64,000 nt of DNA from Deltaproteobacteria bacterium. GTDB lineage: Bacteria > Myxococcota_A > Polyangia > Fen-1088. Shown here one piece after another: positions 10,056-18,428 of the stretch. A program made the position numbers and the translations under genes. Location of the stretch: contig JAFGPX010000115.1 in the NCBI GenBank assembly GCA_016935975.1, positions 583-64,582 of the forward strand, written 5' to 3'. Every line of letters begins with the position of its first letter. Position 1 is the stretch's first letter. Below the pieces are notes generated by a model, which was given only the letters and a program-made list of their open reading frames with translations, did not search any database and had not been told where the DNA came from.

Positions 10056-12203
10056 ATGCGGTTTCTGGCCCCCGTCCTCCTGCTCGCCCTGGTCGCAGCG
10101 GCCCTGCCCTACCTCATCCATCGCGTGGGCAAGCGCCGCGCCGTGCCGGTCCGCTTTGCAGCCATGCAGTTGCTCCTGCGTTCCGAGCGCCGGGTGCACG
10201 CGCGCCGACGTTTGCGCGAGATCCTGCTGCTCGTGGCGCGCACAGCAGCGGCGGCCAGCTTGCCACTCGTCTTCGCGCGGCCGTTCTGCGAACGCGCCAC
10301 CGATCTCCCCGTCGTCACGCTCGACGCCCAAGCCGCCGTGCTCATCCTCGACGACTCGGCCAGCATGCAGCGCCGCTGTGGGGTCGGCACGTGCTTCGCC
10401 AAGGCCAAGGCGCGCGCCTTGGCCCTGGCGCGGCAGTTTCCATTGGATTCCGAGCTGGCCCTCCTGCTGGCTTCGGCGGGAGCCGAGGCGCGTATCGGCG
10501 AGCTGGAGGCCGAGAGAGCCCGCATCGTCGAAGCCATCGAGGGCACCACCTGCTCAGCCCGGCCCGCGGATTTCACGGCGGCCATGCGCCAAGCCGCCCT
10601 CCTCCTCGCGGGGGCGAACCGCGCTCTCCATCGCGTCTACCTGTTCACGGACGGGCAGGCCACCGGCTGGGAGGACGGCACCGGACTGCCTCCCGCTTCT
10701 GCCCCGGAGGTCATCATCGACGACGTCACCGGCGGCGCGCCTCTGCCCAACCGCGCCATCCTGGACGCCCGCGTGCAGCCCACCGCCGAGTCCGGCCCCG
10801 GCGGCATCGCGATAACGGTGGACATCGCAGACTACACGCAACAGAGCGCGCCCGCCTTGGGCGTAACCCTGCGGGTGGATGGCGCCGCCGTGGCCCAGGG
10901 CGCGGTCGAGCTACCGGCTGGCGGGCGGGCCCGCAAACGCTTTCTCCATGCCTTTCCCGGCGAAGGCGGCGGCTCGCACGACCTCGTCGTATCGATCGAG
11001 GCGGACGCCTTCCCGCCCGACGACCGCCGGACGCTGCACGTCGAGATGGCGCGCACCTTGCGCGTCTTGGCCATCGACGGCGATCCGCGCACCATCCGCA
11101 ACGAAGACGAGAGCTTCTTCTTCGAAACCGCCATCAAGAGCGGCATTCCCGGCGCCCTGGTGACCAACAAGCTGGCCGATGACGTGTCGCCCGACGGGCT
11201 TTCTTCCTACACCGTGGTTGCCCTGCTCAACGTAGCCGAACCCGCGCCGGCCCTGGCCGCCGCGCTCGAGCGTTTCGTCATGGCCGGGGGTGGCCTGTTC
11301 ATCTCCATGGGCGACCGCGTGAACGCGATGGTGTGGAACCAGCGCATGGCACGGCTTTTGCCCCAGCCCCTGGGCCTGCTGCGCACGGCCGCCGCGCTGC
11401 CCGGCCAGCGCGCCGGTGAGACCCTCGACGAGCGCCCGGCGGAAAGACTTCTGCCCCTTGATCGGCGCACGCCGTTGCTTAGTGTCTTTCCCGAGGAGGG
11501 AGGCGGCCTGCTGGGCGCACGGTTTTTCAAGTACGTGCTGCTCGATCCCGTGCGCGACACCGCCCGGCGAAGCGTCCTTCTACGCTTCGAAAGCGGGGCA
11601 CCCGCACTGGTTGAAGGCGAGCTGGGCAAGGGCCGGGTGCTGCTTCTGACCACCACGGTGGACCGCGAGTGGACCGACTTGCCCATCCGCCCCGGCTTTC
11701 TGCCCTTGTTGCGCGAAATCGCGCGCTACCTCGTGGGCGCCACCGATCAGCAGAGTGCCGTCGCCTTGCTGGTCGGCGAGCCCAGTCTGCTCTCGTTTCG
11801 GGCCGACCTGCAAACCCTGGAAATCAGGCGCCCGGATGGGTCGGTGTGGATCGCCAAACGCGAGCCGGACGGCAACGTACACAACGTCGCCTTTACCGGC
11901 ACCGACCAGATTGGCCTCTATCGCGTGCGCGGGGCGAGCGCCGACGGGGTCTTCGTGGAACAACCGTCTCAGGACTTCGCCGTCAATCTCGACCCCCGCG
12001 AGTCGGATCCTGCGCGGCTAGCGCCCGAAAGACGGCCCGACCGCCTGGCGGCGGCGCGCGTCGGAGCGAAGCCGTCCAAGCATCGCGTCGAGCTCTGGCA
12101 CGCGCTGTCGGCGGTTCTGCTTTTCCTCGTGCTCGCCGAATCGTTGCTCACTCTGCGTCGGCGACGGGCCTCTGCTCTGGCCAGCGGCAGATCGGCAAAA
12201 TAG
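10056..12203 (+). CDS. BatA-like membrane protein with an aerotolerance N-terminal domain, a VWA domain and a long C-terminal extension
   Basis: The N-terminus MRFLAPVLLLALVAAALPYLIHR... contains two transmembrane segments. A VWA region (VLILDDSASM) follows. The ATG overlaps the DUF58 stop, giving a standard MoxR–DUF58–BatA order. Confidence 0.75.
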   Translation: MRFLAPVLLLALVAAALPYLIHRVGKRRAVPVRFAAMQLLLRSERRVHARRRLREILLLVARTAAAASLPLVFARPFCERATDLPVVTLDAQAAVLILDDSASMQRRCGVGTCFAKAKARALALARQFPLDSELALLLASAGAEARIGELEAERARIVEAIEGTTCSARPADFTAAMRQAALLLAGANRALHRVYLFTDGQATGWEDGTGLPPASAPEVIIDDVTGGAPLPNRAILDARVQPTAESGPGGIAITVDIADYTQQSAPALGVTLRVDGAAVAQGAVELPAGGRARKRFLHAFPGEGGGSHDLVVSIEADAFPPDDRRTLHVEMARTLRVLAIDGDPRTIRNEDESFFFETAIKSGIPGALVTNKLADDVSPDGLSSYTVVALLNVAEPAPALAAALERFVMAGGGLFISMGDRVNAMVWNQRMARLLPQPLGLLRTAAALPGQRAGETLDERPAERLLPLDRRTPLLSVFPEEGGGLLGARFFKYVLLDPVRDTARRSVLLRFESGAPALVEGELGKGRVLLLTTTVDREWTDLPIRPGFLPLLREIARYLVGATDQQSAVALLVGEPSLLSFRADLQTLEIRRPDGSVWIAKREPDGNVHNVAFTGTDQIGLYRVRGASADGVFVEQPSQDFAVNLDPRESDPARLAPERRPDRLAAARVGAKPSKHRVELWHALSAVLLFLVLAESLLTLRRRRASALASGRSAK

Positions 12204-12281
12204 GACCTCGGCGCTCCTGTTGACGTGCCCTCGCCGGTGTCTACCCTGGCAGGCAGCAGACGACGAAAGGAGACACCAACC

Positions 12282-12707
12282 ATGAAGAAGATCGTTCTAC
12301 GCAACCCAGACTACTGGGATCCGTTTGGCACTCTCGCCGCGTGGCTTTCCGAAGAGCCCAGGCCGGCCAACGACCCCGTGTTCGCGCCGCGCTTCGACGT
12401 CAAGGAAGACCCGGGGGCCTACGTGCTCTCTGCCGACCTACCCGGCGTCAAGCGCGAGGACATCGCCGTGTCCCTGGATGGCGACCACCTGAAGATCTCC
12501 GGCCACCGCGAGAGCAGCCACAAGTCGGAAAGCGAACGAACCCGCCTTTCCGAGATCCGCTACGGCTCGTTCTCACGCGAGTTCAGGCTGCCCGAAACCG
12601 TCGATGGCGAGCAGGTGAAGGCCGACCTCAAGGACGGCGTGCTCACGCTGGTTCTGCCCAAGAAACCGGAAGCCCAACCGCGCAAGATCGCGGTCAATGC
12701 CAGCTAG
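12282..12707 (+). CDS. small heat-shock protein of the Hsp20/alpha-crystallin family
   Basis: It reads MKKIVLRNPDYWDPFG...FDVKEDPGAYVLSADLPGVKREDIAVSLDGDHLKISG...DGVLTLVLPK. An AAAGGAG ribosome-binding site lies 8 nt upstream. Confidence 0.85.
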   Translation: MKKIVLRNPDYWDPFGTLAAWLSEEPRPANDPVFAPRFDVKEDPGAYVLSADLPGVKREDIAVSLDGDHLKISGHRESSHKSESERTRLSEIRYGSFSREFRLPETVDGEQVKADLKDGVLTLVLPKKPEAQPRKIAVNAS

Positions 12708-12759
12708 ACCAACATCAAGACGATTGACCGCGACTGGGCCGCCGCGCTAGTACGCTGCC

Positions 12760-13809
12760 ATGAAGATCGGCTTGGTCGGCTTTCCCGGGAGCGGCAAGAC
12801 CACGGTATTCAACGCCCTGACGGGGCTTGCCGCCGAGACGGGCTACGGCGCCGCGCGCGGCAAGACCAATCTCGGGGTGGTCAAGGTGCCCGACGTGCGG
12901 GTCGACGCCCTGGCGAAGATCTTCAAGCCCAAGAAGAACGTCTACGCCGAGATCACCTTCTGTGACGTGGCATTGGCGACGACACCCGGGCAAAGCAGGG
13001 GTCTCGACGATCAGATCCTGCGTGCCATGCGCGAGGTGGACGCCCTCTGCCACGTAGTGCGCGGGTTCGCGAGCAGCGCGGGCGAGACGGCCCGACCTCT
13101 GCGGGAAGCGCACGATTTCGAGGCCGAGATGAACCTCTCGGATCTCATCCTCGTCGAGAATCGCCTTGAGCGCCTCAAGAAGGAGAAGGCCAAGCCTGCG
13201 GAGAAGGAGCTGCTCGGCAAGCTCAAGGCCCACCTCGATGCCGGCCAGCCCCTGCGCAGCCTCGACCTCGGCGCGACCGATCTCGTCGCCATTGCGGGCT
13301 ATCGCTTCCTGACCCTCAAACCGCTCATGTTGATTCTCGATGTGGCCGAGGCAGACGCCGCCGCCCCCCCGCCCGCGGATCTTGCGGAGCACGCCCGGAC
13401 GAACGGGCTTGGCCTGGTGGTGCTGGCCGGCGCCGTGGAGATGGACATCGCCCAGATGGCTCCCGAGGACCAGAAGGAATTCGTGGCCTCGCTCGGACTC
13501 GACGAACCGGCCGCCGGCCGCTTCATCCGCGCGGCCTACGCCCTGTGCGATCTGATATCCTTCCTGACTGTCGGCGAAGACGAGTGCCGCGCCTGGCCCC
13601 TGCGCAAGGGCTCAAGCGCCCATAAGGCGGCGGGCAAGATCCACTCGGACATCGAACGCGGCTTCATCCGCGCCGAGGTCATGCGCTGGGAGGATCTAGT
13701 CCGGCTCGGCAGCGAAGCGAAATGTCGCGAGGCCGGCAGGCTGCGCCTGGAAGGCAAGGACTACGTCGTCGCCGATGGCGACGTCATCAATTTCAGGTTC
13801 AACGTCTAG
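12760..13809 (+). CDS. ychF: YchF/Ola1-family ribosome-binding ATPase/GTPase
   Basis: G1 is [16 protein letters not shown]. The C-terminal TGS-like region reads [13 protein letters not shown]...[17 protein letters not shown]. Confidence 0.8.
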   Translation: MKIGLVGFPGSGKTTVFNALTGLAAETGYGAARGKTNLGVVKVPDVRVDALAKIFKPKKNVYAEITFCDVALATTPGQSRGLDDQILRAMREVDALCHVVRGFASSAGETARPLREAHDFEAEMNLSDLILVENRLERLKKEKAKPAEKELLGKLKAHLDAGQPLRSLDLGATDLVAIAGYRFLTLKPLMLILDVAEADAAAPPPADLAEHARTNGLGLVVLAGAVEMDIAQMAPEDQKEFVASLGLDEPAAGRFIRAAYALCDLISFLTVGEDECRAWPLRKGSSAHKAAGKIHSDIERGFIRAEVMRWEDLVRLGSEAKCREAGRLRLEGKDYVVADGDVINFRFNV

Positions 13810-13837
13810 ATGGGAACAGCCTGGGAGGACAGCCCTT

Positions 13838-14003
13838 TCAGAGCGTGTCTGAAAAGCACCTCGTGACCTCGATGCCAGAGCCTGGAACAGCTAGCTTCCC
13901 CGAGCCCCAAGGGAGAGGGCGATCGTGCTCTCGCGGCCTTCCCGGTGCCCGGCCTCGCGCCTTGCGACCGTACCTCTGGCACTTTTCAGACACCCTCTGA
14001 GAG
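13838..14003. repeat. 166-bp intergenic element bounded by a 23-nt imperfect inverted repeat (TCAGAGCGTGTCTGAAAAGCAC / GCACTTTTCAGACACCCTCTGA)
   Basis: Arm 1 lies at 13838-13861 and arm 2 at 13977-14003, matching at about 21 of 23 positions. They are separated by roughly 120 bp of non-coding sequence between the convergent ychF and DUF2845-like genes. Confidence 0.5.
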
Positions 14004-14106
14004 GGTTTCCCATCCCCGAGGCCCCCACCACCACCCTGCTCGCTGCGCTCGGCCTCGCGCGGTCTGGCACCGCCGGCCAAAGCCCGGCTCCGCCTACGCG
14101 CAACTG

Positions 14107-14472
14107 TCACTTGTTCCCGTAGTCGCCCGTGATCACGTTGACGACCCGGCCGTTCTCGAAGATCACGAAACGGGTGAAGGCGTAGCGGCCCATGTCATAG
14201 GCCCACTCGTCGATCGGGACCTCGATCTCGCGCTCTTCGACGACCGACTCCTCGAGGTTGCCGACACGGCGGGTGACCTTGTGCTTCACCTTGCGCTTCT
14301 CGATGCGCGAGATGACCGCGTCCGGCTCGCCACAGCGATCGAGGACCTCGGCCATCCGGTCGCCCACGGAAACCAGACGTCCCGTGCCACAGCGAAAACC
14401 GCTGTCGCCGCGCACTGCGGCCGGCATGCACACCATGGCCGCCACCACAAGCCCTGAAAGGAAAACACGCAT
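14107..14472 (-). CDS. small secreted protein with two Cys, DUF2845-like
   Basis: The signal peptide is MRVFLSGLVVAAMVCMPAAVRG. The mature part is about 100 aa with CGTG...C. Confidence 0.55.
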   Translation of the reverse strand: MRVFLSGLVVAAMVCMPAAVRGDSGFRCGTGRLVSVGDRMAEVLDRCGEPDAVISRIEKRKVKHKVTRRVGNLEESVVEEREIEVPIDEWAYDMGRYAFTRFVIFENGRVVNVITGDYGNK

Positions 14473-14549
14473 GGCTCTTCCTCCAACCCCTAGACGGCCG
14501 CTGCGCCTCCGGTATTCACCTCGCGCCCGGTGCTAAACTGCCCGCCGCC

Positions 14550-15602
14550 ATGAGCCCGGACCAGCAACGCGATGACGACTGGATCGAAGCGACCGTCAGG
14601 CTCGCTGGCAGGCTGGGCCTCGATTCCGTCCGCCTGCGTTGGAGACTCATGCGCTGGCAGAGGGCTTGGCGGGACTGGCATCGTCGCAAACGCAGCCAGA
14701 TCGACCACGCCGGCTACCAGCACAAGGTCTGCCCACAGTGCGGACAGGTGCAGGATCGGCACGAGCGGCGTTGCGTGCAGTGCGGGGCTCCCCTCGGAGC
14801 GCGCGTCTGGCAGGTCGCCAACCGGCTCGGCCTGGTGGTGCCGTCGGCCATCTCGGTGAGCACCTTGCTCGGCATGATCATCGCCGTCGCCTACCTGCGC
14901 CTCATGCTTTCGCGGCCGGGCACCGGCTATCTTGCGGTCGGCAGCGACGACCTCATCTACCTCGGTGCCTACTACCTGCCGGCCCTGCAGGCCGGCCAGC
15001 TCTGGCGGCACGCGACGGCCATTTTCCTGCACATCGGGCTCCTGCACTTGGGCTTCAACTTGGTCGCGCTCGCGCAGATCGGCCCAGCCGTCGAAGAAAC
15101 CTTCGGCCGCTCCCGGATGCTCCTGCTCTTCATAGCCACGGGCGTGACAGGATTTGCCGCCTGCCAGGTGCTGGGAATGCGCGCGGTGTCGGCCGGCGCT
15201 TCGGGCGCCATCATGGGGCTCTGCGGCGCCGCCGCGGGCTGGGGCCAGCGCGACGGCACCACGGCCGGCAAGGTGGTGCGCAACCACATGCTCAAGTGGG
15301 CCGCCTACACCATGATCTTCGGCTTGCTGATTCGCGCGAACAACGTGGCCCACGCCGCAGGGTTTTGCGCAGGTGCAGTGCTCGGCTTCTTCATGCCGCC
15401 GCGCTGGCTGCGACGAGGTTTCGCGCGCGGTAGCGACGTGGCCATCGGCTTCGCGTCTGTGGCGGCCCTGATCGTCGCTTTCGCGCTGGTGCTCCGCCCG
15501 CCCGCCAGCTCGGAGAGCTGGGCCCGAGCCCATGCAGCCCAGGCGCGCATGTATCGCGAAGCTGGCGCAACAGCAAGGCAGGGCGAGAGGCCAAGGGAAT
15601 AG
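14550..15602 (+). CDS. rhomboid-family intramembrane serine protease with an N-terminal zinc-ribbon
   Basis: The catalytic GASGAIMGL (GxSG) motif is present. A His lies in a late transmembrane segment (NVAHAAGF). The N-terminus carries CPQCG...CVQCG. The protein is multi-transmembrane. Confidence 0.8.
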   Translation: MSPDQQRDDDWIEATVRLAGRLGLDSVRLRWRLMRWQRAWRDWHRRKRSQIDHAGYQHKVCPQCGQVQDRHERRCVQCGAPLGARVWQVANRLGLVVPSAISVSTLLGMIIAVAYLRLMLSRPGTGYLAVGSDDLIYLGAYYLPALQAGQLWRHATAIFLHIGLLHLGFNLVALAQIGPAVEETFGRSRMLLLFIATGVTGFAACQVLGMRAVSAGASGAIMGLCGAAAGWGQRDGTTAGKVVRNHMLKWAAYTMIFGLLIRANNVAHAAGFCAGAVLGFFMPPRWLRRGFARGSDVAIGFASVAALIVAFALVLRPPASSESWARAHAAQARMYREAGATARQGERPRE

Positions 15603-15605
15603 CGG

Positions 15606-16004
15606 CTACGCCAGGGCACAGTCGCCGAGCGCCGTGCGCACGACCCGGCCCAGTTCCTGCACCAAAGCGCTCTTGGTCACGAAGCCACGCGCGCCCGCCC
15701 GCCGAGCCAGCGTGGCATAGGGCGATTCGGGCAGAGAGCTGATGATGATGACGGGCAGCCCGGGCTTGCTCGCGCGCAGCTCCTTGAGCACGTCGATGCC
15801 ACCACAGCCGGGCAGGCGCAGGTCGAGCAAAACGAGATCGAAGGGCTGCTCGGCCACCAGCGCCAAGCCCTCCTCGCCTGAGGCAGCCGCGACCATCTCG
15901 GCCTGAGGAACGGCGGTGGCCAACAACTCGGCTATCCGCTGGGTCACTGCCGCATGGTCGTCAACGAGGAGGATCTTCTTGATGGGCTCGGGTGCTGCTC
16001 CCAT
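15606..16004 (-). CDS. single-domain CheY-like response regulator (receiver only)
   Basis: It reads KILLVDDH...DLVLLDLRLPG...VIIISS. The length is about 132 aa. Confidence 0.8.
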   Translation of the reverse strand: MGAAPEPIKKILLVDDHAAVTQRIAELLATAVPQAEMVAAASGEEGLALVAEQPFDLVLLDLRLPGCGGIDVLKELRASKPGLPVIIISSLPESPYATLARRAGARGFVTKSALVQELGRVVRTALGDCALA

Positions 16005-16124
16005 ACCTGGTATTCGGCCATGGGCCGCCGACCGAGGCCACTCGGCGACTGTCTGAATCCCTTGTCGGAGCGGGTCCTACAACCGCAGCGAGCGCGGCCC
16101 ACGCCGGCACCGGCCGACGCGCCG

Positions 16125-16757
16125 CTACTCGATGAGCCCCTCGCGGAGCGCGTACTGGATCAGCTCCGCGTTGCTGCGCATCTGCATCTTCTCGAGCAGG
16201 CGCGTGCGGTACGTGCTGACGGTCTTCTCCGAAAGGGCCAGCTCGATGCCAATCTGCTTGACGGTCTTGCCCGCCGCGAGCCCGCGTAGGACCTCCAGCT
16301 CGCGATCCGAGAGACGATCATGCGCTGGCCGCGAAGTGTCGACGCGCAGGCTCTTGGCCAGGGCTTCGGCCAGCCGCACGCTGACGTGAGTACCACCGGC
16401 CAGCACCTTGCGCACTGCGCCCGAGAGATCCTCGGCTGCGCTCTCTTTGTTGACATACCCGGCAGCGCCGGCGCGTAAGGCCCGCAGGGCATAGTGGTCC
16501 TCGGCATGCATGCTGAGCACGAGCACGGGCAGGGAAGGCCGGAGCCGCTTGATCTCGCGCAGGGCATCGAGTCCACCCCGTCCGGGGAGCGAGATGTCGA
16601 GCACCACCACATCCCATTCCTCGGCCTGGAGCTTCTCGATGGCTTCCGAAGGCTTGCTGGCTTCGCCGAAGGTCACCTTCCCCAGGGACTCGGTGAGGAT
16701 ATCGCGCACGCCGCGCCGGACTACGGCATGGTCGTCGACCAGCAGGACGCGAATCAT
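16125..16757 (-). CDS. NarL/FixJ-family response regulator with REC and LuxR HTH domains
   Basis: It reads MIRVLLVDDHAVVRRG...VVVLDISLPG...LSDRELEVLRGLAAGKTVKQIGIELALSEKTVSTYRTRL. Confidence 0.85.
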   Translation of the reverse strand: MIRVLLVDDHAVVRRGVRDILTESLGKVTFGEASKPSEAIEKLQAEEWDVVVLDISLPGRGGLDALREIKRLRPSLPVLVLSMHAEDHYALRALRAGAAGYVNKESAAEDLSGAVRKVLAGGTHVSVRLAEALAKSLRVDTSRPAHDRLSDRELEVLRGLAAGKTVKQIGIELALSEKTVSTYRTRLLEKMQMRSNAELIQYALREGLIE

Positions 16758-16971
16758 CGCGCTACCCCCGCGGCGCTATCCCATCTGACCCACCTGAGGT
16801 ACGGCACGACCGCGGGGCAGACAGAGCGATGCCCCGGGCTCTCTCTCGGGGTGGCATGCCAACGGGTCACCTCCCTGTACCTCGTTCCCCTCATCTCGGA
16901 GTCGACTATAAACCAACTTCCGCCCCGCCGCGCGCCATTCCCTGCCCGCCGAACGCGTACGGCTAGCGCGG

Positions 16972-18153
16972 CTAGTCGTGGCCGAGATCGCCGTCCTGCC
17001 GGCCGATCAAGCCGACAGCGGGCCCGCCGTTGTCGTCCTCCTGCATGCCATGCATGAGGCGCGACCGCACTCGCGAGGCCTGGCGCTCCTTGTAGCGCTC
17101 GTGGTTGTTCTCGCCCTGCTCGTTGGTCTGCGAGGTCTGCACATCGACGATCTGGAATTCCGTCAGCACGAAGACCACGGCGCCCGTGTCGGCGAAAAGC
17201 GGGTCGTTGGGGGAAAGCCCTAGGCGCTTGTCGATGCGCACCGGCAGGTCGCCGACGAAGTTGACCACGCGGTAGCTGGGTCCGGAGAACTCGTTGACCG
17301 GAGGCGATCGCTTGCCCGGGGTGGTATCCGAAAGATCGAACAGCTCGGGCGTCAGGCCACGCAGGTAGGGTTGCCGATCGATGAAGGCCTGCAGATCGAC
17401 GATATCGTTTTGCGACTCGCCGGGGATCACGTAGTTGAACGGCACCAGACGGTGCAGGATCTCGCGCAGCACGAAGACGATCTCGTCTTCCGTGCGCGTG
17501 ATCATGCGGAAGCGCAGCTTGTCGTAGACGTGGGCCACCAGACTGTCGCGCTTGGCGAGCAGCTTGGTGATGAGGCTGTCTTCCTCCTTGCGACTCCATT
17601 CGAACCCGACGATCTGACAACCCGCGCCCTTCATCTCCTCCACGGTGCGCAGCACCTTGTCTTCGACGAACTGAAAGATCTGGTCGGCGCTGACGGTCAG
17701 CCGGGTTGCCAGCTCGCCCGCGGCCAGGTGCTGCAACACGTGCATCACCTTGAGCACCACGCAGGCGTGCGCGCGCCGCTTGCCCTTCTGGGACGCCACC
17801 AGCAGCAAGTCGCGCGCCGGCACGCGCGTCGCCACGTCCTCGGAAACGTGGAAGCCCAGGTGGCGCTCGAGGTACTCGACGGCGCGCTCGCGCAGATCCT
17901 CGAGACGGGCCACGTCCTCTGGACTGGACGGGTCGATCTCGTTGATGCGTAGGAAGCGGTCGACTTGCTCGCGATCGGCGAAGTACAGCCGATGCCAGTC
18001 GACCACCGAGCCACCGCGCAGAAGGTTCCGCAGCGAGGTCAGGTCGGCAAGGTCGAAAGCAGCGTTGCGTTCGACCTCGCCCGCTCCCGCTCCGGCGCCT
18101 TTGCCGGCACCGTTCGGCCCCTGCTGTACGGATTCGGAGTTGACCAGCGTCAT
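16972..18153 (-). CDS. conserved hypothetical protein with a RelA/SpoT-like nucleotidyltransferase-fold signature
   Basis: Ordered motifs are SRKEED...S, DKLRFRMI, EFQIVDVQT and HERYK. These resemble the RxK...S / DxxGxRVI / EVQIRT / HxxYK motifs of (p)ppGpp synthetase domains. The ATG at 18153 (MTLVNSE...) was chosen, and the upstream extension to 18336 is Pro/Arg-rich. Confidence 0.55.
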   Translation of the reverse strand: MTLVNSESVQQGPNGAGKGAGAGAGEVERNAAFDLADLTSLRNLLRGGSVVDWHRLYFADREQVDRFLRINEIDPSSPEDVARLEDLRERAVEYLERHLGFHVSEDVATRVPARDLLLVASQKGKRRAHACVVLKVMHVLQHLAAGELATRLTVSADQIFQFVEDKVLRTVEEMKGAGCQIVGFEWSRKEEDSLITKLLAKRDSLVAHVYDKLRFRMITRTEDEIVFVLREILHRLVPFNYVIPGESQNDIVDLQAFIDRQPYLRGLTPELFDLSDTTPGKRSPPVNEFSGPSYRVVNFVGDLPVRIDKRLGLSPNDPLFADTGAVVFVLTEFQIVDVQTSQTNEQGENNHERYKERQASRVRSRLMHGMQEDDNGGPAVGLIGRQDGDLGHD

Positions 18154-18428
18154 TGGCCCTAGATATCGGCTCAAAGTCGGTGGGAGTGTAGGCGCAGGGT
18201 CCGGCACCGGCAAGCTGAATCGGCCCGGTCGGGGAGCAACCGGGAGGACGCGACAAAGACGCGTCTCGGACCTAGCCGGTCTTGCGGCTGGACGACTTCC
18301 CGATCCGCAAGGTGGCGAGGAAGATCGCCAAGGCACCCAAGGAGGTGACGCTGCTTCCGATGAGGGGGATTATGGCCATGGGTAGCATTATATCCTACAT
18401 ATACTACATGGCCAATTCCCCGCGCTAT

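Noticed and set aside
8799-10331. 510-aa minus-strand ORF across the DUF58/BatA junction
   Set aside because: It is antisense to two motif-supported genes and has no recognisable domain.
12204-12281. TTGACG...TGGCAGGCAGCAGACG upstream of hsp20, considered as a sigma-70 or sigma-54 promoter
   Set aside because: Neither the -10 element nor the -24/-12 elements fit consensus well enough to call.
16754-18256. 500-aa minus-strand ORF overlapping the RelA/SpoT-like gene in another frame
   Set aside because: It is extremely Arg/Pro/Gly-rich and spans the response-regulator start region. The alternative frame has globular composition and motifs.
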